Assembly: GCA_024679065.1 (NCBI GenBank)
Contig: JAGIQG010000009.1
Coordinates: forward strand, 42,098,001-42,162,000
Reading direction: 5' to 3'
Source of the DNA: Sphyrna mokarran
Lineage: Eukaryota
Length of the DNA: 64,000 nucleotides
Positions 26,225 to 38,610 of the stretch are shown one piece after another. The notes under the pieces are model-generated. The model saw only the letters and a program-made list of their open reading frames with translations, did no database searches and had not been told where the DNA came from. A program made the translations under genes and the position numbers. Each line of letters opens with the position of its first letter. Positions within the stretch are counted from its first letter, which is position 1.

Positions 26225-26582
26225 AGACCTCGCACATTTGACAAAGTGCAGGAATTCACCAAGTCTTTTTACACAGCATCTTCAAACTCATGACTGCTAC
26301 CATCTAAAAGGACAAGAGCAGTATATACCTGGGAACATGATCACCTACAAGTTGCTCTTCAAGGCACTCCCCATCCTGACTTGGAAATATATCACTGTTT
26401 CTTCACCATCTCTGGGTCAAAATCCTGGAACTTCCTCCCCATCAGCACTGTGGATATACCCACATTGCCTGGAGTACAACAGTTCAAGGAGGAGCACACC
26501 ACCATCTTCTCATAAGTAATTACGGATGGGCCACAAATACAGGCCCAACCAGTGATGTCCACATCTTTTGAATGTATGAAAA
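26225..26582 (+). mobile_element. 3' end of the same LINE family as 12490-14108
   Basis: gaattcaccaag...ctaccatctaaaaggacaagagcag...atcctgacttggaaatatatc...gaatgtatgaaaaaaa. Confidence 0.8.
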
Positions 26583-26844
26583 AAAGTATAATACCTAAAA
26601 TGACGCATTCTATTCCACTCAAAAATATTTGTTTTCTATGAAAGTAAGAAAGGAACCTGCTGATTAAATTCATTAATGCTCCAACTACTTTTATAATATC
26701 TTTAAGGTCAAAAGTCCATGATTCAGTTCTAACCAGCTTCAATTCACTTCTGGAATGGATAAGGGCTTCCAAAATGTCACAAATTCCCAACTACCTGTTC
26801 CCATACTCATCAATGACATTATGAAAAAATTTCCATCCAAAAGG

Positions 26845-27290
26845 TACAAATTAGGAGTGTGATGGAATACTCTCTACATACTAGATGAATACAGCACAGA
26901 TCCAAAAAAGCTCAAGAGGTTCGACCCCACCCAGAAACCTCAATCTTGAAGTCTTAATCGCTCCACTATTGATGCACTATAGCTGCAGTACGTGCCATCT
27001 ACAAATTGCACACCTTTCAAATCTGTGACCTCTATCACCTAGAAACATCAGAGCAGCAAATCCATGGGAACACTATCACTTTCAAATTTCTTCCCAAGCC
27101 CAACACCATCTTAACTTGGAAATGTGCGGCTGTTCCTTCTAAGTCAAAATCCTGAAACTGCCTACCCAACAGCATGGTAGGAATACCTTCACCACAATAT
27201 GACTCACCACCAAATGGTCAAGGATAATTAGTGATTGGCATACATGCTGGCCTTCCCCATCATGCCTACATCATGTGAGTGAATAAATAA
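26845..27290 (+). mobile_element. 3' end of the same LINE family as 12490-14108
   Basis: ttaggagtgtgatggaatactctc...gccatctacaa...atgtgagtgaataaataa. Confidence 0.78.
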
Positions 27291-27489
27291 GAAATAGTCA
27301 TGTTCCATTGGCTTGGACTAGCGCAGATGTAAGGTTAACGTGCCCATATCAGTAGCACTTCTATCATCACAAAGCTGTGTAGCATTCCTGTAACAGTGTC
27401 TGTAACTTTGAATTCTCAGAAAACACAGCATATGATCCTCTACCGCTGGTGAACTCTCAGTCACACTCATTGAAGCAAATGGATAATGA

Positions 27490-27590
27490 AATAAAAACAG
27501 AAAATACAGAAAACACTAAGTCGATCAGCCAGCATCTGCAGACTTAATTGAATTAATGTTTCAGGTCGCTGATCCATCATCAGAACTGGT
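27490..27590 (-). mobile_element. Penelope-like terminal repeat fragment (second subfamily) with a hammerhead-like core
   Basis: aaaaacagaaaat.c.gaaaacact.ag....cagcatctg on +. The minus strand reads CTGATGA-tggatcagcgacct-GAAA-catta. Confidence 0.6.
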
Positions 27591-27615
27591 GTCATCAGTT
27601 GTTGCATGCAGATAT

Positions 27616-27752
27616 TGGCCGAATTCTCCAGTCTCTCATACCCCACTACCATAGCCAGTGAGAACGGAGAATTTGGCTCTCAGCCAAATCTCTGTTGACA
27701 CCAGCAGGACCGGATAATCCTGGCAGTGGGCAAGGTTGGAGAATTCCGGCCA
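27616..27752. mobile_element. About 135-bp MITE with terminal inverted repeats
   Basis: tggccgaattctcca ... tggagaattccggcca. The interior is self-complementary. Confidence 0.8.
27673..27687. promoter_or_regulatory. Perfect NFI consensus site TTGGC(N5)GCCAA
   Basis: TTGGC-TCTCA-GCCAA read directly from the sequence. Function is unknown. Confidence 0.45.
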
Positions 27753-28381
27753 GTGAGTCTTCTGTATCAAATACAGCTTTTCAGTTGGCTTTGCAATTAC
27801 CCATCCATGCTGTACCTTAAACCAGAGACAAACAAAGTAGTATAGCAAACGTTCGGGAAGCAAAGAAAATGGCACAGCACAAAAGAAGGGAACAGAGGAA
27901 CAAAACAGATTAAGATGTCTAGAAGTAGCACACTTCAGTTTCAATTAAATTAATTCACTTGTGATATGTCTTGCAGACTGTCATTTCGTTATTGTGCAGA
28001 AGACAATGTCAGTTGACCAAATGCAAATCAAACCAAACATATGCAATGCATATGAAAAACTAAATGGCACAGGCAAATAATAATAGTTCAGTAATCATAA
28101 GTGCAGCCAAAGGAATATAATAGAGCTCAATTAATGTAATGCTCTCTGAAGGAATGAGACAATCAGACCTTTGTAAACCCGTCTGTCTCTGTCTTTTCCT
28201 GTGTCTGCAGTGATGTTTCTGCTGCTATATATCATCTTTTTAATAATTTTTTAGCAGTTTTTGTCTAGGTAGGTGATGAAGCATTTTCCTATTGCAATAT
28301 TGTGTAGCATCGGAACATAGAATAGTAGTGTACAGAAGGCTGCTATTTCACCAATGGAGTTTACGCTTGTTCTTTTGAATA

Positions 28382-28505
28382 TCTGACAAAAAGTCATTGA
28401 CTCTGTTTTTCTCTCTCTCCACAGACGCTGCCAGGCCTGTTGACTATTTGAATCATTTTCTGTTTTTATTTCAGATGTCTAGCATCTGCAATATCTTACA
28501 TTTTG
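28382..28505 (+). mobile_element. Penelope-like terminal repeat fragment (second subfamily)
   Basis: ctctctccacagacgctgccaggcctgttga.tatt....cattttctgtttttatttcagat...cagcatctgca, inverted relative to 27490-27590. Confidence 0.6.
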
Positions 28506-28754
28506 CATTGGTGATATGATTATGCCAATTACAAGAGATTAGAATCACAAATTAGCTTTTTAAATATGTTATGTTGCAGCCAACAACCAGGTGGCATTCT
28601 CACCTACCTCAGTTCAATTCAGAATCTTGGTGTAATCTGTTACACATCACAGAACAAAAACGGAAATGTCTATTCATTGACAGGATTAAATCTTCTATCC
28701 TTCACACTTTCTTTGTTTTGCAGAAAATAGTAGTTGAAGACCAAGATGATTAAG

Positions 28755-29990
28755 ATGCTTGGCAGTCTTGAAAGTGGATAAATCATTAGACCTGGATGAC
28801 ATGTATTTCAGGTTGCTAAGGATATAGTGGAGATTTTGACTGACACTTTCCAAACTGCTCTGACTCCTGGAGTGATGCCAAAGAACTGGAGGAGTGCTAA
28901 CACTGTACTATTCTTTTTAAAAGCGAAGAAGGGATAGCCAGAGAAATTACAGGCCAGTTAAACTAACCTTGGTATTTATACAAAAAAAATTCTGAGAGTG
29001 CAAAATAGTCCTTTAGAAGGCATAGATTAAGCAAGGTTAGTCAGATTGAATTTGTTATGGTATTTTTTAAATTCACTTATGAGATATGAGCATTGGTGGC
29101 AAGACCAGCACTGGGTGCCCATCCCTAATTGCTTGAGTGGTTTCCTAGGCCATTTACGAGTCAACCACATTGCTGTGGGTCTGGAGACACAAATAGGCCA
29201 GACCAGGTAAGGACAGCAGAGTTCCTTCTCTGATGGGACTTTAATGACAATCGACAAGGCTTCATGGTCATCACTACTCTTTTAATTCCAGATTTTACAC
29301 GATAAATGGGAGGATTCTGAGAGGTGTGGAGGAACAACAGGACCTGGAGAGTATGTTGACAAATTCCCGATGGTAGCAGGACAGGTAAAGCACTTAAGGA
29401 GTTTTACAAGATACTTTTCTTTTTTAACCATGATCTAGAGAAGAGGAGGGAGATTATGCTGGAGCCGTATAGACTACAGGTAGTGTAGTGTTCACAGTTC
29501 AGGTACTCATAGCGCAGGAAGGATGTGGTTGCACAAGTGAGTACAGAAGAGATTTAAAAAGATGTTGCCATAATTCGACGATTGTATAATGGAGACCTTT
29601 AGCAATAAGATTCAATACACTGTGCTTGTTTTCTTTGGAATGGAGGAGACCAAGGGGACATTTAATTAACGTGTATACATTTATGAGGAACCTAAATGGA
29701 GTGGATAGGAAGGACCTATTTCCAATAGCAGAGATCAATATTTAAAATAATATTTAGAAGGATTACAGGAGAGTTGAGGAGATTTTTTTAAAAATATGCT
29801 GCAGATCTGGAACTCATTGCCTGAAAGAGTGGTAGGAGCAGAATCCCTTCGTTCCATTTAAATATGACTTGGTTATGCACTTGCTATATCATTACCTACA
29901 GGGTTATGAATCAAGACCTGAGAAGTGGGAAAAGACTGGGTAGCTCTTTTTCAGCTGGCATGGACATGTTTTGTGATGTAAATGCTTTTT
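28755..29990 (+). mobile_element. Decayed CR1 LINE with a nested LINE tail
   Basis: RT remnants (..PENWRSANTVLFFK..., NYRPVKLT) and a CR1 C-terminal region. Interrupted at 29066-29296. Confidence 0.8.
29066..29296 (-). mobile_element. LINE/SINE 3' tail fragment nested in CR1
   Basis: ttcacttatgagatatgagcattggtggcaagaccagca....tgcccatccctaattgc is the reverse of the 14040-14108 tail. Confidence 0.7.
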
Positions 29991-31793
29991 GTTTCCATGG
30001 TGCTAACATACCATTCTCCTTCTGTTTTTTTCATGAGATCTGTGTGTTGTCTTCAAATAATGGGAACCGACCATTCAGGAAAACAGGTTTAACTAACTGT
30101 ATTACTTTCGTATGTTTCCAGCATTTTAGTTAGCAGTTTGATTGCTCAAATTACAAGCAAATTTTGTATTTGGCTGTGGAGTATGTAGGTTTTGTAATAA
30201 TGAAGTAAAGAACACAAAGTTCAAGTTGCAGATCTTCTTCAAAGTTCCTCATTCAGAGCATTCCATCAAGAATCCCTTCTGAACTCAGAAAACCTGACAA
30301 TCCTGCATTGTCATTTCCCTGATCTGGGAGAAGCTATGAAAAAAGTTTTAATGATTTGACAAAGTGCTCGAAGATATACTAATTAAAAACATGCTGTCTC
30401 AATAGGAGTATAGAAGATATATTTGCACTGTTCTTTTAGCTTTTTTTTAAGTAAACTTTAAGTAAATTTAAATAAAATTAATTGAATAGAAAACTGGGCC
30501 AGGTGCAACACAAGCTTTTGATTCACTATTGGTCATATTGTGCTATTGTCCAAGACAAATTTTACATTTAGCAATAATAATTGGTAACAGTGATATAAGA
30601 CATCAACAGCAATTAGCTTTCCATCTCTCTCCGCACATTTTGCTTTTCCAACCAAACTTTCTCTTGCCCTTTCCCAAGTATGAAAAACCATAGCACTATC
30701 TCCCACAAACAATTCTCTAGGATCATTACATCTGTTAAAACACTGTACCTGACAATTGGAGCAAAGTCAAAACTCCAATAAATTATTGAGAGACCATTAC
30801 AGAAATGTTCTCTCTGGCAGCAATGGTTTGAATGTTGCTAATGACGCCTGTGCATAATGACCTTCATGGTCTTCTGCTTCCCTCAATTGCTCCTTTTGAT
30901 GAGGTACATTATCTATGGTAGCATGATATAACACATGGCACAATGTCACAATGTTGCCCATCATCTCCATGGAACACTGTAAGGATCTCCTGATGCATGC
31001 AAGCATCTGAACCATTACTTAACTTCTCAAACTTACTCTTTGCAAGGGTCCTCATCTGTGAATGCGTACTACTGAATTTAACCTCTGCTGGGTTTTGGAG
31101 TTTATGCTTGCTTCATGACAGCTTGCAGTTATGAGCAACTATTAATCTTCCTTTCCTTCGTCTTTAAAGAGTTGTCTAACATTGAATTGCTTCAGAATGA
31201 AAACATTATGTGTATTCCCAAGGAAGTGTACATTAACATGCAAAACTTTCTGGCAGTAGTAATAAACCATTTGCATGTTCCTGGAATGATATTTCTTTGG
31301 ATTTATGGATGCCAAGGAATTATTGGCAGTGCACGGATGGCTATATGCATACAGCATAATGATGCTCTGTAACTTGGGAAAGTGAGCCACGTGAGAAAAC
31401 TGTACCCTCTCTCTTCCTACAGGTTCATTTTGATGTATACATTGGTGAGTCTGTGAAAAAACAGAGTTTTAATTGTGCTTTCTTTGTGGCAGTGAACATC
31501 AGTGTAATTAATTCCACTGATATTCCCCAAAGCATAAGATTAAGAGCAATTGTGACATTCACAATTGGGAGGAGACTATGGACCAAATAATACCCTAAAA
31601 ATAAGAGCTTCTTTACTGAGTCTCAGCATTTTATCATACTGTTCCTGCTGTAGGGTTCAAATATCCACTCCTTCTGTGATTGATTCATTCTCGAGATAGT
31701 TTCTTGTTAGTTATACATCATTCTTGGACTCTACATTCCTATGTTAAATTCTCCTCTGATTCTGGTTTCAGTATGCATTAACTGTCAATGGTT

Positions 31794-32094
31794 CCATAGA
31801 AGCCCTACAGTACAAAAAGGAGTCCATTTGGCCCATCGAATCTGTACCAACCACAATCCCACCCTATTTCTGTAACCCACATATTTATCCTGCTAATCCC
31901 CCCGACACAATGGTCAATTTATTATGGGGAATCAACTCAATCTGTACATCTTTGGACTGTGGAAGGAAACCAACCACCTGATTGGAAACCCATGCAGATA
32001 CAGGGAGAACACGCAAACTCCACACGATAGTGATCAAGGAATTGAATTGAGACCCTGCCGCTATGAGGCAGCAGTGCTAACCACTGTGCCACCC
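31794..32094 (-). mobile_element. HE1/V-SINE (CR1-type tail)
   Basis: catagaagccctacagt...gaggcagcagtgctaaccactgtgccacc. Confidence 0.88.
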
Positions 32095-32303
32095 TGGTGA
32101 ATGCTGCGAGATGAATACCCTCAAAACTCTGATCACCTGTCAGTGCAATTATGAAATATTTCCTCTTTGTTCTTGAACTAATGTGTAGGTAAAAAAGTGA
32201 TTAGTGAACCCAATTGTTGTGCTACCCCTGCAGAAAGTAAAAATAAATAGCCAGCATTCTGATCAGAGATCAGGCGGCAAGTCACAGTTTCTGATTAGAC
32301 ATT

Positions 32304-32429
32304 GTGAGGAATTTTCCGGTCCTGCCCACCATGGGAACAGTAGCAGGCAGGACGTGGGATATGCAAAGTCTGTTTGACCTCAGGTAGAATTTTCCAGCTT
32401 AGGGTGAGGGCAGCCGGAAAGTCCCACCC
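32304..32429. mobile_element. About 125-bp MITE
   Basis: ggaattttccgg ... ccggaaagtcccaccc. Homologous to 35576-35706 and 48287-48415. Confidence 0.7.
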
Positions 32430-33665
32430 ACTGCTTGGAGATTTGGTATGAGACATCAAAAGCTATTTTTCCTCTTATCTGATTTTCTGAGGGAGGCATG
32501 TAAATTACTGCAAAATGGTATGGTTCCACTGTAACCCAATTCCCCTTCATTTCTGCCCATTTCACACTGTTTGCTCTACTTGCCCTGCAACTGGTGTTCA
32601 AAGTTGTTGAGCTGCAAATGCACATCATTATAAAGAGGTTAAGAGGAAGATTGGAAATTATGCACAGTGACCATTTTTTAAAAATCACATTCTTTCCCCC
32701 TCTGCTTTAACTTAGGCCTTTTCAGAGCCTTTGCTATGGTTGCTGTGGTGCTATCTGAAAACTCTATGTAATCTCTGCTTTTTTTTAAAAAGAGGAGAAA
32801 CAAGCATGGATGCCAGGTATATCTGGCTATACATTAGTCACTTGGAACACCTTGAAACAAGAATCAGGCAGGGGTATATACATTTGTTCCAGCAGCAGTG
32901 CTTGCAGAAGCTTCAATCTGCTAGGAAAGCTACTGTGGAGGCATACTCTATCTTTTTATTCTATTTTAAATTTATATCCAATCAAAAATCAAATTGGTCC
33001 AATCAAAGTTCCTACAAGAGAGACATTACACATCCAAACTGACAAGACAGGCCCCACCTTCCCTGTCTTGGGCTTGATCAACATGATCCAAGCTGATAGG
33101 AATAGGCATTACACCCCCTCCAGTGTTTGATCTGAGCTTCATCTTATTCTATATGTTGAAAGCACAACTATAGCCACAGCGAAAACTGTACTCAATTTAA
33201 GTGCATTGAAGAATACTTCAAACATCTGCCAGGAACACTGCAAATATCAGCCAATCAACATTGCAGAGATAGGTGAAGTAGGTCACTGACACTGTGAGAG
33301 CATCAGATTTCAACATCTTTCCACAGACACCTACAGCACTTCAAGACAGCTTGGCGATTTTAAAGTGGCAGGATTTTCAAAGTACAAAACATTATTGATC
33401 ACAAACATGTGGTCTAAAAATTCCATTACATAATGTCACTTGTCATACTTGTGCAGGCATGAGGATTATGCATTTTGAAAAGTTTTATTTTAAGATTACA
33501 GTGGCGATTCTCCGGCCCTGCGCACTCATGCGCAGATCATACTGGGCATAGAGAATCATGAGGGCAGGGCCATAGTCCATGTAGTGTCGGCAAGAATCCC
33601 CTTTGGGATTCTCCCCACCCCCCGTATTGATGTAATCTAGTTTCCACACTGTGAGATATTTGAAG

Positions 33666-33860
33666 CACAGTAGGAAGTCTCACAACACTAGTTTAGAGTC
33701 CAACCAATTTATTTGATAGTAAACTCACAAGCTTTTGGAAACGGTATTCCTTCGTCAGGTGTGTGGAAGGTTCTGATCAGAGAAAGGCATATAAAGTCAC
33801 ACACAGTTTACAGAATACTGATTAGAATGCAAGTCTTTGCAGCTAACCTGCAGTACAGAG
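33666..33860 (-). mobile_element. Penelope-like terminal repeat fragment
   Basis: Similar to 61566-61745. Contains CTGACGA..stem..AAAA on the minus strand. Confidence 0.72.
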
Positions 33861-33861
33861 A

Positions 33862-34700
33862 AGGTTCACTCAATTGATTACTAGAATAAGGGGATTATCC
33901 CATGTGAAAAGCTGTACTATTTGGGTCTGTATCCATTAAAGTTTAGAAGTTATCTTATTGAAATGTAAGATTTTGAGGGAACCCAAGGGGCTGAATGGCC
34001 TACTTCTGCTTCTAGTTTCACTGTTTCTATGACTTGATCAGGTGGATGTGGGGGGAATATTTCCCTTCGTGGGAGAGACTAGAACTAGGTAACACAGTTT
34101 GAAAATAAGGGGTCTCCTATTTAAAGTTTGTTTTAGTGTTTAAAGTTTTTAAAGTTTATTTATTAGTGTCACAAGTGGGCTTACTTAAAACTGCAATGAA
34201 GTTACTGTGAAAATCCCCTAGTCACCACACTCCAGTGCCTGTTCAGGTACACTGAGGGAAAATTCAGCATGGCCAATGCACCTAACCAGCACATCATTCA
34301 GATGGTGGGAGGAAACCAGAGCGCCCGAAGGAAACCCATGCAGACACAGGGAAAACGTGCAGACTCTGCATAGATAGTGGCCCAAGTTGGGAACTGAACC
34401 TGGGTGCTTCAAGCTGTAAAGCTGCAGTGCTAACCACTGTGCAACCGTGCCATCTTAAGACAGTGATGAGGAGAAATATTTTTCTCAGAGGGTCAAGAGT
34501 CTGTTGAACTCTTTCTCAGAGGGCAGCAGAGGCAGAGTCATTGAATAGTTTTACGGATGAATTAGATGGATTCTTGATTAACAAGGGAGGGATCATAGGT
34601 TATGGGGAGAAGGAAGGAAAGTGGGATTGAGGCCACAATCAGATCAGCCATGCCCTGAGGGACTGAAAGGCCGACTTCCATTCCGATTTCAAATGTTCCT
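33862..34700 (+). mobile_element. CR1 3' end interrupted by an HE1 SINE
   Basis: CR1 text resumes across the SINE: aaaataaggggtctcctatttaa | ttaagacagtgatgaggagaaat. Confidence 0.82.
34141..34452 (-). mobile_element. HE1/V-SINE (non-CR1 tail type) nested in CR1
   Basis: aaagtttatttattagtgtcacaag...cagtgctaaccactgtgcaaccgtgcc. Confidence 0.9.
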
Positions 34701-35211
34701 ATCTTTGTTACACATTTTTATGTCAACTTGCTTCTCTTAAATTCTTAGGCCCATGTATGCAATAGGAACTATCTTATAAATTTTTCATGATGCAATTTTA
34801 GTTTCCGCTAGTGGTGGTTCTATATTTCTAATGCCTAACTTACTCCCTCTGCAGTACAGCAGAAAAGAAGTCCTATGCTCCAACCAACTCTATTTCTTTG
34901 TTTCTCCAGATTGCCCTATTATTTGCTATTTCCATATAAATCCCTGCTTTCCCTGAAGATTATACTGCTTGCCTTACTGTGAGAACTGCCATAGGAGCTT
35001 AATTAACAATATTACAGTAAGGCTGACCCTGGAAGCTATGTGGGATACATGTCTTGTACATTGTGCTGAAATAATGGGTGGGATTTTCCAGTCGTGCCCA
35101 CTCCATGACTGGAAATTCCCCCTCGAGTTCAACAGACCTTTAAGTGGTCATCAAACTTTATGTCCAGCCAGTATGATTCCCGCAATGAGCAGGACCTCAC
35201 TGATGAGTAAA

Positions 35212-35436
35212 TACTCTACCATTGATGGCTGTGCCTTTCATTCCCTTGGCTCTAATCACTGCAATACCTCCTCTACACTTCTCTAACTCGTTTTCCTCCT
35301 TTAAGACACTCCTCAAGTCCTACAGGTTTGATCAAGCTTTTGTTCAACCAACCTAATACTTAGTTCTATAAAGTTCCTTTGAAGTGCCTTGGAATATTTC
35401 ATTACATTAAAGACACTATATTAATGATTGTTGTTA
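35212..35436 (+). mobile_element. L2 LINE 3' end
   Basis: Same tail as 21240-21620. Preceded by a partial MITE at about 35076-35195. Confidence 0.7.
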
Positions 35437-35575
35437 TGAAATGAGAAATATTTCACTTCAATTGCTTTTTTTTGGAAAGAGAAGCTCCAGAAATAATATA
35501 ATTTTAAAATCAACTATCTGGGATAGCATAATGGAGCCAACAGGCTCTATCTGCTTTGTGCGGTGCCTGGAAACT

Positions 35576-35706
35576 GAGGATGGAATTTTCCTGTTCTGCC
35601 CACCATGGGAATTGTAGAGGGTGGGACACAGACCATGTAAAAGACCCGTTGACCTTGGGTGTGATTTTCCGCTCTTGAGGCGAACGTGGCCAGAAAATCC
35701 TGCCCC
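35576..35706. mobile_element. About 130-bp MITE
   Basis: ggatggaattttcc ... agaaaatcctgccc. Confidence 0.7.
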
Positions 35707-36939
35707 AAATCCTTCATCGGTGGAAGGAAAAGAAAAATCTATCCCAAATTTTTTGTTGATAGTTTTCCAAGCCATTTAGGATCACATGGCAAGCTCAGTG
35801 GGAAATCTACCCCCTGGTTAATCAGATATTTTAAATCACAATTTACCAGCAAATCTACTTCCATCATAAATATCTCTGCAGCATTGCAGACTTCTTTTGC
35901 ATCTGCTTATGGAAAAACTCAGAGTAACCTGGTTGCCTTTTACAATATCGAATCTGAACTTGTAGTGTTCAATAATTCAAGAGTTTTCAGATGAGCTGAG
36001 CAAATGAATACTCAAGCATAAATGTTAGTGTATTGATTTGATGTCTAGACAAGTATGTATCTTCTAACTCACTGCAGACATTATTCACTTCCACGTCGTC
36101 TGGGATATCTGAAAGCATGTTTGTGTAGAATAATGTATCAAGTATAACGTGTTTAATGTATCTACTATGAATCGAATCTCAAGTAGTCCGTCACCATCTT
36201 GTCATTAAAGTAGGTGTTCTGTTAGGTGTCATGGTGATACGTAATAGAAAGTTAATTTTAAAATTAAGCTATAGACACAACATACATATTTTTACATCCA
36301 CCTACCTACATATATTTAAAATTGAATAAATTGTTTCAGCAGTACAAAATGCAGGCAGACTATGAAGAATTAATCTCTTCCCCAAGAAAGTAGAAACAGT
36401 CTCTTATTCATTGACCTTTATGCTTCATAGAGATGGAATATCCTCTGCTGAGATTTTACCTAATAGCAGAATCAGCAACAAAGCCATGCACTGAGTGACA
36501 GTGTAATGCCAGGGAGTCACCATTTCCATTTAAACCAATTTTCTTGGATGCTTAAATACATGATTTTGGTCATTACTTTACTTTGTAGAAAGATAAATTA
36601 TGTAAAAGGAATAATGTACTAATTATCCTAATGTAGATTTGGAAAGATAACACACAGACGTCACCAAGTCTGTAACAATTCTGCCAGGACTTTCCCATTT
36701 CAATATTAAATAGATCCACAGAGTTACTCAGTTACAGTGCAAGACCAGTTGGCACCAGCCGACTGTTCTATTTTTACCCACGTTAGACTGAACTGTAATC
36801 TTGTAACAGAGGTTCCCTGGGCTGACTGAAGAGGACAGAACTGTTGGTTGTGCTGACAAATGTGATTAAAACATTACAGCATGATACTGGAACTTATTAT
36901 GACTTGCCCAAAAGGTATGATCACCAAAGGAAGTAAACT

Positions 36940-37790
36940 AGAAGATAAGAAGTAGGAGCAGGAGTAGTCTTTGAGTCTGTTCTGCCATTCAATCATGGTT
37001 GAGCTTTTGTCTGAATGTAAGTTCCTGCCTGCTTCCCATATTCCTTGATTCTCTTATAGGCCAAAAATCTGTCGATTAAACATACTCAACAATAGGACAT
37101 TACAACCCTGTGTGTAGATAACTCTGAAGATATACAAGTCTTTGAGTGAAAAAGTTTCTACTCATCTCAATCCTAAACGATCAACTCTCAATCGCAAAAC
37201 TGCACTCTCATGTTCAGGACTCCTATTCTCTCAGTGTCCACCTTGTCAAGCCTTTCCAAAATTTTCCAAAATATGTTCCAATAGGTCACCTGCCATTCTT
37301 CTGTGCTCTAAAGGTTTAGGCCCAATTAACTCAGCCTCTCATCATAGGATAACTCTCTAAGCCCAGGAACCAATCTAAATGAATTACTTTACTGTCTCCA
37401 ATGCAAGTATATCCCTCCTTAAACATGGCCAAAACTGCACACAGTAGTCCAGGTGTAGTCTCAACAAAGCCCTGCAGAGCTATTGCAAGACTTCATTAGT
37501 CTGTAAGGCCATCTGCCTTACAAATTGCTTGCTACCTTTCTGTGTTCCTTGCACAAGTACATCCAATCTACTTTGGCAGCAACACAAATCTCACACCTTT
37601 TAAAAAATATTCTGCTTTTCTATTCTTACTAAATGAATAACCTCACACTTCCCCATATTATCCTCCGTCAGTTACCTTGCTTTGTATTCAATTAAGCTGT
37701 CTCTATCTCTTTGTAACCTCTGTAAGTTCCTCACAGCTTACTGTTCTCACCTACCTTTGTATCAGCAGATATAGATACATTACTCTCAGT
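36940..37790 (-). mobile_element. CR1 LINE 3' portion
   Basis: gaagataagaagtaggagcaggagtag tail. caaaactgcacacagtagtccaggtgtagtctcaacaaagcc reads ALLRLHLDYCVQFW on the minus strand. Confidence 0.85.
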
Positions 37791-38262
37791 TTTTGATGAC
37801 AGCACAGACAAGGAATATTATTTCAGTACAGCTGAAAAAAAGAGACATGTCGTTGGATGTGTTTCATCACATCCTGTGTGTGATTTCAATTTCAGTGTCT
37901 ATGTGATGCCAGGTATGTTGACCACTGTCCCACTGATTGGGAGATATCAAACAGCACTCCCTTTCAGCTATTGTCAACAGGCATGAAGCATTAACCATAC
38001 TCAACCAGCTTGCCAAACTCAGAAAATAGCGACTAACATTAGAAAGATGTGATTCTGTGAGTGGACAGTATTTGCTGAATAACCTTGACAGTGCTAAAAA
38101 TAACATTAGCAATGAATTTAAAATTCTCATTTGGGCCTACAGTGTGACTCACTTAGACTTACTAGAAGTTAAATATATTCATATGCAGGGACCTGTCCAC
38201 TGCAGGCAAAAGGCATATTTCCAAGTATTGCAACTTTTCTAAATTAGACATAAGCATTCAGT

Positions 38263-38610
38263 TGCGGCATGGTCAAGCACTGCTGCCTCAGAACACCAGG
38301 GACCCAGGTTCAAATCTGGCATTGGATGACTGTCTGAGTGGAATTTGCACATTCTCCCCATCTTTGCATGGGTTAACTCAGGGTGCTTCAGTTTCCTCCC
38401 ACATTCAAAGATGTGCACGTTAGGTGGATTGGCCAGGCTACATTGTTCATTAGCATACCAAGATATGTAGGTTAGGTGGATTAACCATGGGAAATGTGTT
38501 GGGTTACGAAGGTAGGGTGGGGGAGAGGACCTGGGTAAGTTATTCTGTCAGAGGGTTGGTGCAGACTCAATGGGTCGAAAGGTCTGCTTCTGCACTGTAG
38601 GGGGTCTATA
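38263..38610 (+). mobile_element. HE1/V-SINE (CR1-type tail)
   Basis: agcactgctgcctcagaacaccagggacccaggttcaaat...tctgcactgtagggggtctat. Confidence 0.88.
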
